A DNA stretch of 64,000 nt from Bacilli bacterium. Its GTDB lineage: Bacteria; Bacillota_I; Bacilli_A; RFN20; CAG-826. Where the stretch lies: assembly GCA_024408095.1 (NCBI GenBank), contig JAKSVI010000002.1, positions 2,111 through 66,110 on the forward strand. Direction: 5' to 3'. Every line of letters starts with the position of its first letter. Positions within the stretch are counted from its first letter, which is position 1. The position numbers and the translations under genes are program-made. The notes under the pieces are model-generated. The model was given only the letters and a program-made list of their open reading frames with translations, was not told the DNA's origin and did no database searches. Positions 1 to 12,190 of this stretch are shown here, piece after piece.

Positions 1-1
1 A

Positions 2-970
2 AGAAAATTACCAAAAGACATTCATGATCCTGTTTATATGTCGATAATTAACACCATAAAAAAACATGAAATAAAATATGTGTTTGTCAATGGCGGAAAC
101 GATTCAATGGATACTTGCTTTAAGCTTTCTTTACTTTGTAAAGAGTTAAATTTAGACGTACAAGTAATTGGAGTTCCTAAGACAATTGATAATGACTTAG
201 CTTGCACTGATCACTCATTAGGTTTCCCAAGTGCTGCAAAGTTTGTTGTAAATACAATTAATGCTTTAAGCATGGATGCTAAATGCTTTAAAGTAGGAAA
301 AGTTCACATTGTTGAAATTATGGGTAGAAATGCCGGATGGTTGACAGCTGCCGCAGATGTTTTGCCTGAAGAAACAAGACCTCATTTAATCTATTTACCT
401 GAAAATAAATTTGATCTTGAAGAATTTTTAAAAGAAGTTCAAGTGGTTTATGAAGCTAAAGGATATGCGATGGTTGCTATTTCAGAAGGATTATCTTTTG
501 AAAGACCAAACAAAAATGCTAGAGTTGATGGATTTGGCCACGCACAGTTAGGTGGCACAGCAGCTGCTCTTTGCGAGGTCGTTGAAGAAAGATTAGATTT
601 ACCAACTCGTCCTGTTGAATTCTCTTTAACTCAAAGAGCGTGTCCGCTTTGCATATCCAAAGTTGACCAAGATGAAGCTCTTCAAACTGGTAAAATAGCA
701 GTTGAAAGTGCCTTAAAAGGTGTAACTGGAAAAATGGTTATATTTAAGAGAATTAGTCAAAAACCATATCAAATCGACTATCAATTAGCTGATTTATCAC
801 TTGTCGCTAATGCTGAAAGTGTTGTTAAACCATCAATGATGATTGATCATACAAAAATGAGCCAAGAATTTAAAGACTACATTATGCCATTGTTAGAAGG
901 CGAACCAAAAATTAAGTTTGTTAATGGTGTTGCGCCAATGGCAAAATTCAAAAAGGTTTTGGTTAAATAA
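2..970 (+). CDS. pfp: PPi-dependent 6-phosphofructokinase (5' end cut by window edge)
   Basis: Frame is open from the window start. PFK family motifs are present with PPi-type signature residues: GGNDS (Asp at the E. coli PfkA Gly104 position) and PKTIDND (Lys at the Gly124 position). Confidence 0.8.
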   Translation, partial: RKLPKDIHDPVYMSIINTIKKHEIKYVFVNGGNDSMDTCFKLSLLCKELNLDVQVIGVPKTIDNDLACTDHSLGFPSAAKFVVNTINALSMDAKCFKVGKVHIVEIMGRNAGWLTAAADVLPEETRPHLIYLPENKFDLEEFLKEVQVVYEAKGYAMVAISEGLSFERPNKNARVDGFGHAQLGGTAAALCEVVEERLDLPTRPVEFSLTQRACPLCISKVDQDEALQTGKIAVESALKGVTGKMVIFKRISQKPYQIDYQLADLSLVANAESVVKPSMMIDHTKMSQEFKDYIMPLLEGEPKIKFVNGVAPMAKFKKVLVK

Positions 971-1362
971 TGAAGAAATTATTATCCAAACTTAATACTT
1001 ATTATCTTGTTGCTCTTTTTACAATCATCTCTGTTATCATCATTGCACTTGCTACAATGGCCTGCTATTTTTCTGGCTGGCCAGATGTACCTAATGGTCT
1101 TTTATTGGGTGGTTTTCTTGCTGCAATTTTCTATCTGATTGAAGGAATAATTGAACGCAAAGAAACCGAGTCAATGAAATCAACAGGAGCAATAATTATT
1201 ACAATTGTTAGATTTGTTGTTTTTACGATTAGTTTGGTTTTATTAGCTCTTCTTTATTACAAACAAGGCATTCATATTTTTAATATCATTTCCTTTGTTG
1301 GAGGTTATACTATTTCACTAATTATTTTTGTGATTATTAGTTTAAAACGTAAGAAAGGATAA
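970..1362 (+). CDS. atpI: ATP synthase protein I-like small membrane protein
   Basis: 130 aa with about 4 hydrophobic helices, directly upstream of atpB. The start overlaps the pfp stop (TAATG). Confidence 0.5.
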   Translation: MKKLLSKLNTYYLVALFTIISVIIIALATMACYFSGWPDVPNGLLLGGFLAAIFYLIEGIIERKETESMKSTGAIIITIVRFVVFTISLVLLALLYYKQGIHIFNIISFVGGYTISLIIFVIISLKRKKG

Positions 1363-1364
1363 GA

Positions 1365-2123
1365 ATGATTTTAGCGAGTTTAGACTTTTCGCAATTTTTC
1401 TCAACAGAGCTGGCTGGTGAGGTTTTTTCTTCGATTTGCGTAGTTTTTATAATTTGCGTACTTGCTATTATTGTTTCGATTTTAGCACGAAAAGCCGACC
1501 CATTAAAAAAACCAAAAGGCCTACTTTTTATTGCTGAGACAGGGGTTAATTTTTTTGATGGATTAGTGAGCAACTTAATGGGTCCAAGATTCGAAGGTTT
1601 TGGTGGATTTATTATGGCCATTGCTGTGTATTTATTTCTCTCCTTTATTTGGGGGTTAACCGGATTACCATCACCTTGTACGTATCTTGCTGTTCCGTTA
1701 TCTTTGGGTTTAATTGTTTTCGTCCTTATTCATGCGACAAGTATTAAATATACGAAATGGAAATATTTCAAAAGATATGTAGATCCAATTCCTATATTTT
1801 TACCAGTTAATTTGATTTCAATGTGGGCGCCATTATTGTCTCTTACGATGCGTTTGTTTGGAAACGCCATAGCTGGCTGGACATTAATGACCATTATTTA
1901 TTGGGGTTTTGCAAAAATTCAAGATCTTATATTTTCTGCAATACCTTCAGTTTTTAGAGAAATAGTATTTACGCCGTTTTTGACCCCATTGTTGCATTGT
2001 TATTTTGATTTATTCTCTGGTTTTATTCAAACCACAGTGTTTATATTCCTCTCAATGATTTTTATATCTATGGAAGCTCCAGAAGAGGAACTAGAAAAAG
2101 TTATGGTGAAAGGAGGTAAATAA
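1365..2123 (+). CDS. atpB: F0F1 ATP synthase subunit a
   Basis: Polytopic membrane protein with the conserved MRLFGNAIAG arginine motif, in operon position. Confidence 0.9.
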   Translation: MILASLDFSQFFSTELAGEVFSSICVVFIICVLAIIVSILARKADPLKKPKGLLFIAETGVNFFDGLVSNLMGPRFEGFGGFIMAIAVYLFLSFIWGLTGLPSPCTYLAVPLSLGLIVFVLIHATSIKYTKWKYFKRYVDPIPIFLPVNLISMWAPLLSLTMRLFGNAIAGWTLMTIIYWGFAKIQDLIFSAIPSVFREIVFTPFLTPLLHCYFDLFSGFIQTTVFIFLSMIFISMEAPEEELEKVMVKGGK

Positions 2124-2124
2124 T

Positions 2125-2343
2125 ATGTATACAGCTATTGGTGCAGGTCTTGCTATTTTAGCCGTTATTCCATCAGCTTTAGGTGAAGCTTGGGTTTGTT
2201 GCCACACAATTGATGGAATGTCCCGAAATCCTGAAATGTATGGAAAACTAAGAACTAATATGATTCTTAGCTGTGCGTTAGTCGAAACTACCGCAATTTA
2301 CGCATTATTAACTGCAATTTTGATTATTTTCGTTGCAAAGTAG
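2125..2343 (+). CDS. atpE: F0F1 ATP synthase subunit c
   Basis: 72-aa helical hairpin with an RNPE loop and the helix-2 carboxylate in LVETTAIY. Confidence 0.9.
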   Translation: MYTAIGAGLAILAVIPSALGEAWVCCHTIDGMSRNPEMYGKLRTNMILSCALVETTAIYALLTAILIIFVAK

Positions 2344-2356
2344 GAGGTAAAGTAAA

Positions 2357-2899
2357 ATGATAAATTTAGTTTTTCTTGAAGGAATTTCTAGACCCTCAGA
2401 AGAAGACTTTATTAGCAAACTTATCCCCAATTGGGTTAGCTTTCTTGCGCAAATTTTAGCTCTACTTGTTCTTATTGTTGTGGTAATAATTTTTGCCTAT
2501 AAACCGGTTAAAAAAATTATCAACACAAGACAAAATTATATTGAAGATAACATAAAATCTTCAGAACAAGCAAAAGCCAATGCTTTGCAAAATGAAACTA
2601 AATCAGAAGAGAAAATTCTTGCTTCAAATAAACTCGCAGATTCAATTATAACTACCGCACAAAGACAAGCTCTTCAGGAACGAAATAAGATAATTACGGA
2701 AACTGAAGTGATGGTCAAAAAGATGAAAGATGATGCAGAGGTTGAAATTGAACGGAGTAAATTAGAAGCTAAGGAAGAAATTCGAAAAGAAATGGTGGAT
2801 GTTGCGTTATTAACATCCAGTGAAATTTTAAAAAGAAATATTACTGATGAAGATAACGAAAAACTTGCTAATGATTTTATAAAGGAAATTGATAAGTAA
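2357..2899 (+). CDS. atpF: F0F1 ATP synthase subunit b
   Basis: One N-terminal TM helix followed by a long charged coiled coil, in operon position. Confidence 0.85.
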   Translation: MINLVFLEGISRPSEEDFISKLIPNWVSFLAQILALLVLIVVVIIFAYKPVKKIINTRQNYIEDNIKSSEQAKANALQNETKSEEKILASNKLADSIITTAQRQALQERNKIITETEVMVKKMKDDAEVEIERSKLEAKEEIRKEMVDVALLTSSEILKRNITDEDNEKLANDFIKEIDK

Positions 2900-3438
2900 T
2901 GAATGAAATCGCATCTCGTTATGGTGATGCTCTTTACTCTCTTGCGTTAGATAAAAATGTGATTTTTAACTATCAGCGAGAAGTAAAAGAGATAATACAG
3001 ATTATCAAGGATAATCCTGATTTCATCACGCTCTTAGATAGTGCTTTTATTGAATTAACTAAGAAGCATGAACTTATTGATGAAACCTTTGCTGGAATAA
3101 GTGATGATATTTTGTGTTTTATCAAAATTATTGTTTCTAATTCTAGAGCAAAATATCTTTTAGATATCTTGTATGGTTTTAATAGTTCTTGTAATAGGTA
3201 CCGTAATGTTGATGAAGGGTTTATTTATTCGACAATTTCATTAAATCAAAAAACTTTATCTCAAATTACAGAAAAAATTTCTACTTTGGAGGGCCATGAA
3301 GTAGAACTAAGAAATTTAATTGACACATCTTTAATAGGTGGAGTGAAAGTTATTGTTCACGATCATGTTTATGATGGCTCTATTAAAAGTCGTCTTAATA
3401 ATTTAAGATTCGACCTTCTAAAAAAGGAGGGTAATTAG
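2899..3438 (+). CDS. atpH: F0F1 ATP synthase subunit delta
   Basis: 179 aa, OSCP-like ([10 protein letters not shown] start, GGVKV near the C-terminus), located between atpF and atpA. Confidence 0.85.
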   Translation: MNEIASRYGDALYSLALDKNVIFNYQREVKEIIQIIKDNPDFITLLDSAFIELTKKHELIDETFAGISDDILCFIKIIVSNSRAKYLLDILYGFNSSCNRYRNVDEGFIYSTISLNQKTLSQITEKISTLEGHEVELRNLIDTSLIGGVKVIVHDHVYDGSIKSRLNNLRFDLLKKEGN

Positions 3439-3439
3439 T

Positions 3440-4957
3440 ATGAAATTAAATGCTAATGAAATTAGTTCTTTAATTAAGGAACAAATAAAAAACTATCATC
3501 ATAATGTAGATACAAGCAGTGTGGGAACTGTTGTAACTGTTGGTGATGGAATAGCTCTTATATATGGGCTTGAAGAAGCAATGCTTGGAGAATTATTGTT
3601 ATTTCCTAATGATGTTTATGGCATGGTTATGAATTTAGAAGTTGATCATGTTGGGGCAGTTCTTTTAGGTGATGACACCTTGGTTAAAGAAGGAGACTCT
3701 GTTACTCGTACGAAGAGAGTTATGGAAGTCCCTGTTGGTAAAGAAATGTTTGGTCGTGTAGTCAATGCATTAGGCCAACCAATTGATGGGCTAGGACCAA
3801 TAAACACTGCAAAAAGCCGACCAATTGAACGAATTGCACCAGGAGTTATGACTAGAAAAAGTGTTGACACACCTTTAGAAACCGGAATAACAATGATTGA
3901 TGCAATTACTCCTATAGGACGAGGTCAAAGGGAATTAATTATTGGAGATAGACAAACCGGTAAAACAGCAATAGCAATTGATACAATTATTAACCAGAAA
4001 GGAAAAGATGTCTTTTGCATTTATGTAGCGATAGGGCAAAAAAACAGTACTGTCGCGCAAATAGTTAGTAAACTTCAATCTTTTGGAGCAATGGAATACA
4101 CCTTGGTTGTTTCTGCAAGTGCAAGCGAACCAGCACCATTACTTTATGTTGCACCTTATGCTGGCGTTGCTATGGCAGAAGAAATGATGGAACAAGGAAA
4201 AGATGTTCTTATTGTCTACGATGATTTAAGCAAACACGCTGTTGCATATAGAACATTATCATTACTTTTAAAAAGATCGCCTGGGAGAGAAGCATATCCC
4301 GGTGATGTATTTTATTTACATTCTAGGTTGTTAGAAAGAAGTTGTAAACTTTCTGATGAATATGGTGGAGGGAGCATAACTGCTTTGCCTATTGTAGAAA
4401 CTCAAAGTGGTGACATTTCAAGTTATATTCCAACAAATGTTATTTCAATTACGGATGGTCAGATTTTCTTGGTATCAGATTTATTTAATGCCGGACAAAG
4501 ACCAGCGATTGATAGTGGACTTTCTGTTTCGCGTGTTGGTGGTGATGCTCAAACAAAAGCGATGAAAACTGTTTCCAGAAGTCTCAAAATTGATCTCGCT
4601 TCATTTTTAGAAATGAAAAATTTTGCGCAATTCGGGAGCGATTTAGACGCTTCTACTGTCTCAATTCTCAAACACGGTGAAGCTTTATTACAAGTTTTGC
4701 GACAAAATCAATACAAGACATACCCATTAGATAAAGAAATATTTGTTCTCTTTGTTGCAAAAGAAAAATATCTAGATGATTTAAACAAAAACAAAATAAC
4801 AACATTATTAGAAAAACTTTATGAGTTTGTTAAAGTTAAAGGTCAAGTATTACTTGATGATATCAATTTAACAAAACAATTAAGCGGAGAAACTCAAGAA
4901 AAACTTAAAGAAATAATTAATGAATTCTTTAAGCTATATAAGGAAGAATATATTTAA
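3440..4957 (+). CDS. atpA: F0F1 ATP synthase subunit alpha
   Basis: Walker A GDRQTGKT and strong alpha-subunit similarity throughout. Confidence 0.97.
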   Translation: MKLNANEISSLIKEQIKNYHHNVDTSSVGTVVTVGDGIALIYGLEEAMLGELLLFPNDVYGMVMNLEVDHVGAVLLGDDTLVKEGDSVTRTKRVMEVPVGKEMFGRVVNALGQPIDGLGPINTAKSRPIERIAPGVMTRKSVDTPLETGITMIDAITPIGRGQRELIIGDRQTGKTAIAIDTIINQKGKDVFCIYVAIGQKNSTVAQIVSKLQSFGAMEYTLVVSASASEPAPLLYVAPYAGVAMAEEMMEQGKDVLIVYDDLSKHAVAYRTLSLLLKRSPGREAYPGDVFYLHSRLLERSCKLSDEYGGGSITALPIVETQSGDISSYIPTNVISITDGQIFLVSDLFNAGQRPAIDSGLSVSRVGGDAQTKAMKTVSRSLKIDLASFLEMKNFAQFGSDLDASTVSILKHGEALLQVLRQNQYKTYPLDKEIFVLFVAKEKYLDDLNKNKITTLLEKLYEFVKVKGQVLLDDINLTKQLSGETQEKLKEIINEFFKLYKEEYI

Positions 4958-4962
4958 AAAGT

Positions 4963-7233
<2,271 letters not shown>

Positions 7234-7234
<1 letters not shown>

Positions 7235-7641
7235 TGAAAACGATGCATTTAATAGTTCGTACCCCATATTCCATTTATTTAGAAGTAGATGTTGAGTTTT
7301 TATCTGTGAAAAGTTCAGAATTTGTTCTAGGAATATTACCAAATCATGCTCCACTAGTTACAACATTAGATATTTGCGAACTAAAATTATTGTTAAATAA
7401 CAAATCGGTTTCTTACGCTATTGGTGGCGGAGTAATGAATATAACAAAGAATCATGAAATTCATTTAATGCTCAATAGTATTGAAAGGTATGATGAAATA
7501 GATATAAACCGCGCTAATGAAAGTAAAGAAAGAGCGTTAAAACGATTAGAACAAAAGCAAGATATTGATATTGCTAGAGCAGAAGCTTCTTTAAGCAGAG
7601 CCCTAAACAGAATAAATGTTTTTACGAATAATAATCACTGA
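7234..7641 (+). CDS. atpC: F0F1 ATP synthase subunit epsilon
   Basis: 135 aa and last gene of the operon; TAATG overlap with atpD. Confidence 0.9.
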
Positions 7642-8395
7642 TTAATTGGCTAAAAGCCTCAGGTTCAGATATATACTGCACAATATTTTTTGATAAACCA
7701 TTTTCTACAACAAATGCTAAATAATTCGTAACATACTTTTCTATATCTAAATAAGTGTATAATTCTTTACGGTTTTGTAGTTTAATATAGTCAATTATTA
7801 ATGTGTTTTTCTTTGTTGATAAATAAGGAATTATTTTTTTATAAAAAGAATATGAGTATGTATCGCCTATAGTATATGTAAATACAAAGAACTTATTATG
7901 AGTTTTCATGTATGATTCTAAAGAGGATTTTGTGAAAAGAGTTGAGGCTTCATATGTACATGTATAATCATTAAATAATCTTGTAATATTATTTCGGTTT
8001 TCAATATCAAAACCCTGCAAATTCCTAACAATTTCACCGTTATTAATAATAATTAGGTTTGGTGCTGTGCTAAGATTTAACAGAGTAAATATTGGGTCGT
8101 TTTCGTCTATTACATAGTATTTATATACAAGAACATTGTTTTGTTTGATTTGAGCATTTATATCTGTTTCTACAGACATACATATCGAGCAGTTTTGCTT
8201 GCCCAAAAACAATACAAAATTAGAGTGTTGAGATAACATTATTTCGGATTCTGCGTAGGTTATATTAATCATGCAATTATAATTTGTATCATAGTTTGTT
8301 AATGTATATATAGTTTTGTTGTTTGAATTTTTATTGCAAGATATTAAGCAAAAAGTCATTCCTAATGTTGTAAGGAGAAATCTTTTCATTACCAT
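7622..8395 (-). CDS. putative lipoprotein with thioredoxin-like CxxC motif
   Basis: Signal peptide with lipobox LISC (MKRFLLTTLGMTFCLISC) and a CSIC motif in GKQNCSICM. The start is ambiguous (8413, 8395 or 8389). Confidence 0.5.
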   Translation of the reverse strand: MVMKRFLLTTLGMTFCLISCNKNSNNKTIYTLTNYDTNYNCMINITYAESEIMLSQHSNFVLFLGKQNCSICMSVETDINAQIKQNNVLVYKYYVIDENDPIFTLLNLSTAPNLIIINNGEIVRNLQGFDIENRNNITRLFNDYTCTYEASTLFTKSSLESYMKTHNKFFVFTYTIGDTYSYSFYKKIIPYLSTKKNTLIIDYIKLQNRKELYTYLDIEKYVTNYLAFVVENGLSKNIVQYISEPEAFSQLISDYYS

Positions 8396-8477
8396 GTGTT
8401 TATAATAACACAATAAACTATTATTGTATTTACCTATTTGCGTGTTAAAATAATTAGGTATTAGGAGGCATAGTGAT

Positions 8478-9041
8478 ATGCACGTTTGGCATGATGTTAA
8501 AGCAGCCAGAATTTCGGCTGATAGATTTTTAGCTTTGATAGAAATTTCAAAGGGTAGTAAAACAAAATATGAATTAGATAAAGAAACAGGGCACTTAATT
8601 CTTGATAGAGTTTTGTTTACATCTACTCAATATCCTCAAAATTATGGATTTATACCAAAAACATTCGCATCCGATAATGATCCTTTAGATGTGTTGGTTT
8701 TGTGCAGCGAATCAATTCTGCCAATGTCTTTTGTTGAATGCAAGCCAATTGGCGTTCTAATTATGACTGATAATGGATTTAAAGATGAAAAAATAATTGC
8801 AGTGCCACTTAACGATCCCTTTTATTCTTGTTTTGATGATATTGAACAAATACCAGAGCATATTATGGACGAAATAAAACATTTCTTTATGGTTTATAAA
8901 ACTTTAGAAGGAAAAGATACTGAAATAGATGAAGTTTTAGATTCGAATGAAGCAAAAAAAGTAATCGCTGAATGCATTGATAATTATTTAAAAGTTATTA
9001 AACCACAAAGAGATTTGGAAATAAAAAAATTATATATATAA
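8478..9041 (+). CDS. ppa: inorganic pyrophosphatase, family I
   Basis: Soluble PPase motifs (YPQNYGFIP, DPLDVLVL) with AGGAGG upstream. Confidence 0.9.
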   Translation: MHVWHDVKAARISADRFLALIEISKGSKTKYELDKETGHLILDRVLFTSTQYPQNYGFIPKTFASDNDPLDVLVLCSESILPMSFVECKPIGVLIMTDNGFKDEKIIAVPLNDPFYSCFDDIEQIPEHIMDEIKHFFMVYKTLEGKDTEIDEVLDSNEAKKVIAECIDNYLKVIKPQRDLEIKKLYI

Positions 9042-9043
9042 AA

Positions 9044-9571
9044 ATGATTCATATAGTTCTATTTCAACCTGAAAAGCCACAAAATACTGGTAATATTATG
9101 CGTACTTGCGTTGCAGTGAATGCGCATCTTGATATTATTGGGCCTATTTCTTTTTCGATTGATTCAAAAGATCTTAAGCGAGTTGGAATGGACTATATTG
9201 ATAATCTAAAATTTTCATATTTTAATGATTTAGATTCTTTCTATAAAGAATATCCTAATGCAGATATTTATTATGTAACGCGTTATAGCAAAAACGTTTA
9301 TAGCAATTTTGATTTTTCAAATACAATAAACGATATTTTTGTAATGTTTGGACGTGAATCTACAGGAATTCCACACGATATGTTGAGAGCTAATTCTGAA
9401 AAGTGCGCTCGATTGCCAATGGTTCCAGAGGCAAGAAGTCTTAATCTTTCTAATTGTGTCGCCATTGTTGTTTATGAAATTTTAAGGCAACAAAAATTTA
9501 ACGACCTTTCAACAGCGGAAGCAATCAAAGGCGAAGATTTTCTAGATAACGAATTATCGAAATTTAAGTGA
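9044..9571 (+). CDS. trmL: tRNA (cytidine/uridine-2'-O-)-methyltransferase, SpoU/TrmL family
   Basis: Small SPOUT methyltransferase: QPEKPQNTGNIMRTC start and the FGRESTGIP and LNLSN motifs. Confidence 0.8.
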   Translation: MIHIVLFQPEKPQNTGNIMRTCVAVNAHLDIIGPISFSIDSKDLKRVGMDYIDNLKFSYFNDLDSFYKEYPNADIYYVTRYSKNVYSNFDFSNTINDIFVMFGRESTGIPHDMLRANSEKCARLPMVPEARSLNLSNCVAIVVYEILRQQKFNDLSTAEAIKGEDFLDNELSKFK

Positions 9572-10939
9572 ACTTTTAATAAGGTTTTTCGTATTTTCTC
9601 TAATTTTTGTAATGTTAAATGATTGATATTTGCCAAGAAGAACCTGGCCTATAAATTGCCCCTTTTTTACATCTTTTATTTCGCTCATTGACACTTCTCC
9701 ACATTCTTTGCCAGACAGAAGTATGGCCATTTCACATGCAGTTAATATTTCATCGTTAGTAGGATTGTTTGAAAATACAACAACGTGACTCCCGCTATAG
9801 TTTAATATATGAAAATAGTAATAGGATTTTTTAGCAATTTTGAAGGTTAAAATTTCATTTTGTTTAGCTGTTTTTCCAAAACCAATTTTTGTGTTACCTA
9901 ATGTAATATAAGAAGGCAGGTCAATAACTGAATTATTTTGTTTGCTTTTAGCCGGTTTATTTTTAATATATTTTGATGTAAGTTCTTGCAATTCATCATA
10001 TGTTAAAAAAGGCCAAGTATTCAAAATGTTTTCAAATTGTTCTAATTCGTTATAAGACTTTTTTATTTCTATTTCCGTCATTTCAATTGTTCTCTTCTTT
10101 TTCTTTGCGAGTTTGTAATAATTTGCTATATTTTCAGCTAAGGAATTTTCAGAATTATAGTTGATTTTTGAAGAGTTTATATAAGATTTTAATTGATTTT
10201 CATCGTAATAAAAGGCGGATAGTTCATCTGCAATTTTTTGATCCTCTTTGTACGATTTTGCCTTCTCTAAATCATTTTTTTGGATGGTTATTTTTTTACT
10301 AATAGATTTGATTTTGCTTTTAATAAAACTGTGCAGAGGCATGAATTGTTCTGTTTCCTTTTTAATTAAAGAATCATTTATTTTTTTGAGACAATCTTTC
10401 TTAAATTTGTCTAATGAAAACTCATTTTCACAGCATTTACTTTTAATTGGTTTAACTGGTGTATAAATTATGCCATTAATAACAGGTCTTGAATTATTTA
10501 TTGTAGTGTAATGCATAGCAAACACTATTTTATTATTTTCATCTACAATTATCATATTTGATCTGTGTGAAAAAAGTTCCAAATAGATAGTAAATGAAAA
10601 CTTTTTATAAAATTCGTCACTTTTCTTCAGTTTTAAAACGATGACTCGATCGCCATCTACAAATTCAACCTTGTCTAGATACGCATCTTTTACGTATTTT
10701 CTCAAAAAAGTGTTTGTGTTTCCTAATGTTGTTGGTATTGAATTTTTGTAATTCACCAGGCAAACAAATGGATACTCATGATTTAACGAAATAAAAAGTT
10801 TTTCGGTCTTATAAAAGGCAAAGCTTATTAGTATATCTGTACTATTTATAACAGAAATGCCAGTTATAAAATTTTTTGATGCCTTTGCATCTATTTCCTT
10901 TGAAATTTCCTCTATATTTTTATAGTTAAGTTTTTCCAT
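9554..10939 (-). CDS. rqcH: NFACT-family ribosome quality-control protein (RqcH/FbpA-like), short form
   Basis: NFACT-N-like N-terminus, central coiled coil, and a C-terminal DUF814-like GSHVVV motif. It sits next to gmk, as B. subtilis yloA does. Confidence 0.7.
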   Translation of the reverse strand: MEKLNYKNIEEISKEIDAKASKNFITGISVINSTDILISFAFYKTEKLFISLNHEYPFVCLVNYKNSIPTTLGNTNTFLRKYVKDAYLDKVEFVDGDRVIVLKLKKSDEFYKKFSFTIYLELFSHRSNMIIVDENNKIVFAMHYTTINNSRPVINGIIYTPVKPIKSKCCENEFSLDKFKKDCLKKINDSLIKKETEQFMPLHSFIKSKIKSISKKITIQKNDLEKAKSYKEDQKIADELSAFYYDENQLKSYINSSKINYNSENSLAENIANYYKLAKKKKRTIEMTEIEIKKSYNELEQFENILNTWPFLTYDELQELTSKYIKNKPAKSKQNNSVIDLPSYITLGNTKIGFGKTAKQNEILTFKIAKKSYYYFHILNYSGSHVVVFSNNPTNDEILTACEMAILLSGKECGEVSMSEIKDVKKGQFIGQVLLGKYQSFNITKIRENTKNLIKSSLKFR

Positions 10940-11000
10940 TTGTTAACAATATAACATATAGTTTGATTTATTTATACGTTTATAACTATAATAGTTATTG

Positions 11001-11573
11001 ATGAAAAAAGGTTTACTTATTATATTAAGCGGTCCATCTGGCGTTGGTAAGGGAACAATAAGAAAATATATTTTCGAAAATTCCAAATTGAATTTATTTT
11101 ATTCTATTTCTATGACAACACGTTCTCCAAGAAACGCTGAACAAGATGGTGTTGACTATTATTTCGTTTCGAAGGAAGAATTTGACGAAAGAATTAAACA
11201 AGGGAAATTTCTTGAATGGGCTGAATTTGTTGGAAATAAGTATGGAACGCCGAAAGATATAGTTGAAGATTTAAGAAATAAAGGCAAAGATGTTTTACTT
11301 GAAATAGAAGTAAATGGCGCGACACAGGTCATGAAAAAAGTTACTGATGATCGTGTAATTTCAATATTTTTAATGCCTCCAAGTCTCAAAGCGCTTGAAA
11401 ACAGAATTAGAAAACGTCAATCTGAAACAGATAGTGTAATTAAAGAAAGATTGGAAAAAGGTAAAAAAGAAATGACGCTTCAAACTGAATATGATTATGT
11501 TGTTGTAAATAAGAGTGTTGTAGAAGCATCAGAAGAGATAATTAAACTTATTAAATTAAAGCGAAAATCATAA
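11001..11573 (+). CDS. gmk: guanylate kinase
   Basis: P-loop GPSGVGKGT and the TTRSPR motif. I chose the ATG at 11001 over the TTG at 10998. Confidence 0.95.
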   Translation: MKKGLLIILSGPSGVGKGTIRKYIFENSKLNLFYSISMTTRSPRNAEQDGVDYYFVSKEEFDERIKQGKFLEWAEFVGNKYGTPKDIVEDLRNKGKDVLLEIEVNGATQVMKKVTDDRVISIFLMPPSLKALENRIRKRQSETDSVIKERLEKGKKEMTLQTEYDYVVVNKSVVEASEEIIKLIKLKRKS

Positions 11574-11601
11574 ACGAATTGTTGTTGCAATTCGTTTTTT
11601 T
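11573..11601 (+). terminator. rho-independent terminator after gmk
   Basis: AACGAATTG / CAATTCGTT 9-bp stem with a 6-nt loop, followed by a T-run. Confidence 0.8.
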
Positions 11602-11649
11602 CTACGATTTCTATAAGAAATGTAGTATTATACAAAATGAGGTTTTTGT

Positions 11650-12108
11650 ATGATTAGTGTATTTATTTATGGTTTAGACCAATTCGTAGTTGGGGACGTA
11701 TCTAGAGAATTGACGCCTTTATTAGCTAAACTTTATGAAGTTGATGAAGATGAAATAAATTTTGTTGCACCTAATACAATGATTTTTCATAAAGGGATGG
11801 AACAAACATCTTGGAATGCTCTCGTGATTGTTAACCTACCTTTAAAAGTTAGTGTGCTTCAAGAAAAAGCCGCTCAAGTTATCTTTTCCGCTTTAGAAGA
11901 AATTGCCATTCATGTTGATATAAGATTTCAATATTATTCAGTGGATCACAGAAACACAAAAATTAATCCTAACTACCCAAGATATATAAGCGAAGATAAT
12001 GTTGTTAATGCTGATTCAGATCATTGCTGTGAAGATTTAGAAGAAGGCGAAGAGAATGACCAAATTTATACTGGTGACATTTTCGAAAACTATTCAAAAA
12101 ACAAATAA
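11650..12108 (+). CDS. hypothetical protein (possibly DUF1904/tautomerase-fold) with acidic C-terminal tail
   Basis: Clean ORF flanked by terminators. The family assignment is from memory only. Confidence 0.35.
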   Translation: MISVFIYGLDQFVVGDVSRELTPLLAKLYEVDEDEINFVAPNTMIFHKGMEQTSWNALVIVNLPLKVSVLQEKAAQVIFSALEEIAIHVDIRFQYYSVDHRNTKINPNYPRYISEDNVVNADSDHCCEDLEEGEENDQIYTGDIFENYSKNK

Positions 12109-12131
12109 CTTTATAATTAAAATTGATAAAT

Positions 12132-12157
12132 AAAACGCTTATTGCGTTTTTATTTTT
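12132..12157 (+). terminator. rho-independent terminator
   Basis: AAAACGC / GCGTTTT stem followed by a T-run. Confidence 0.7.
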
Positions 12158-12190
12158 GTTTTATCGCAAGCGTGTATATAATATACGTGT

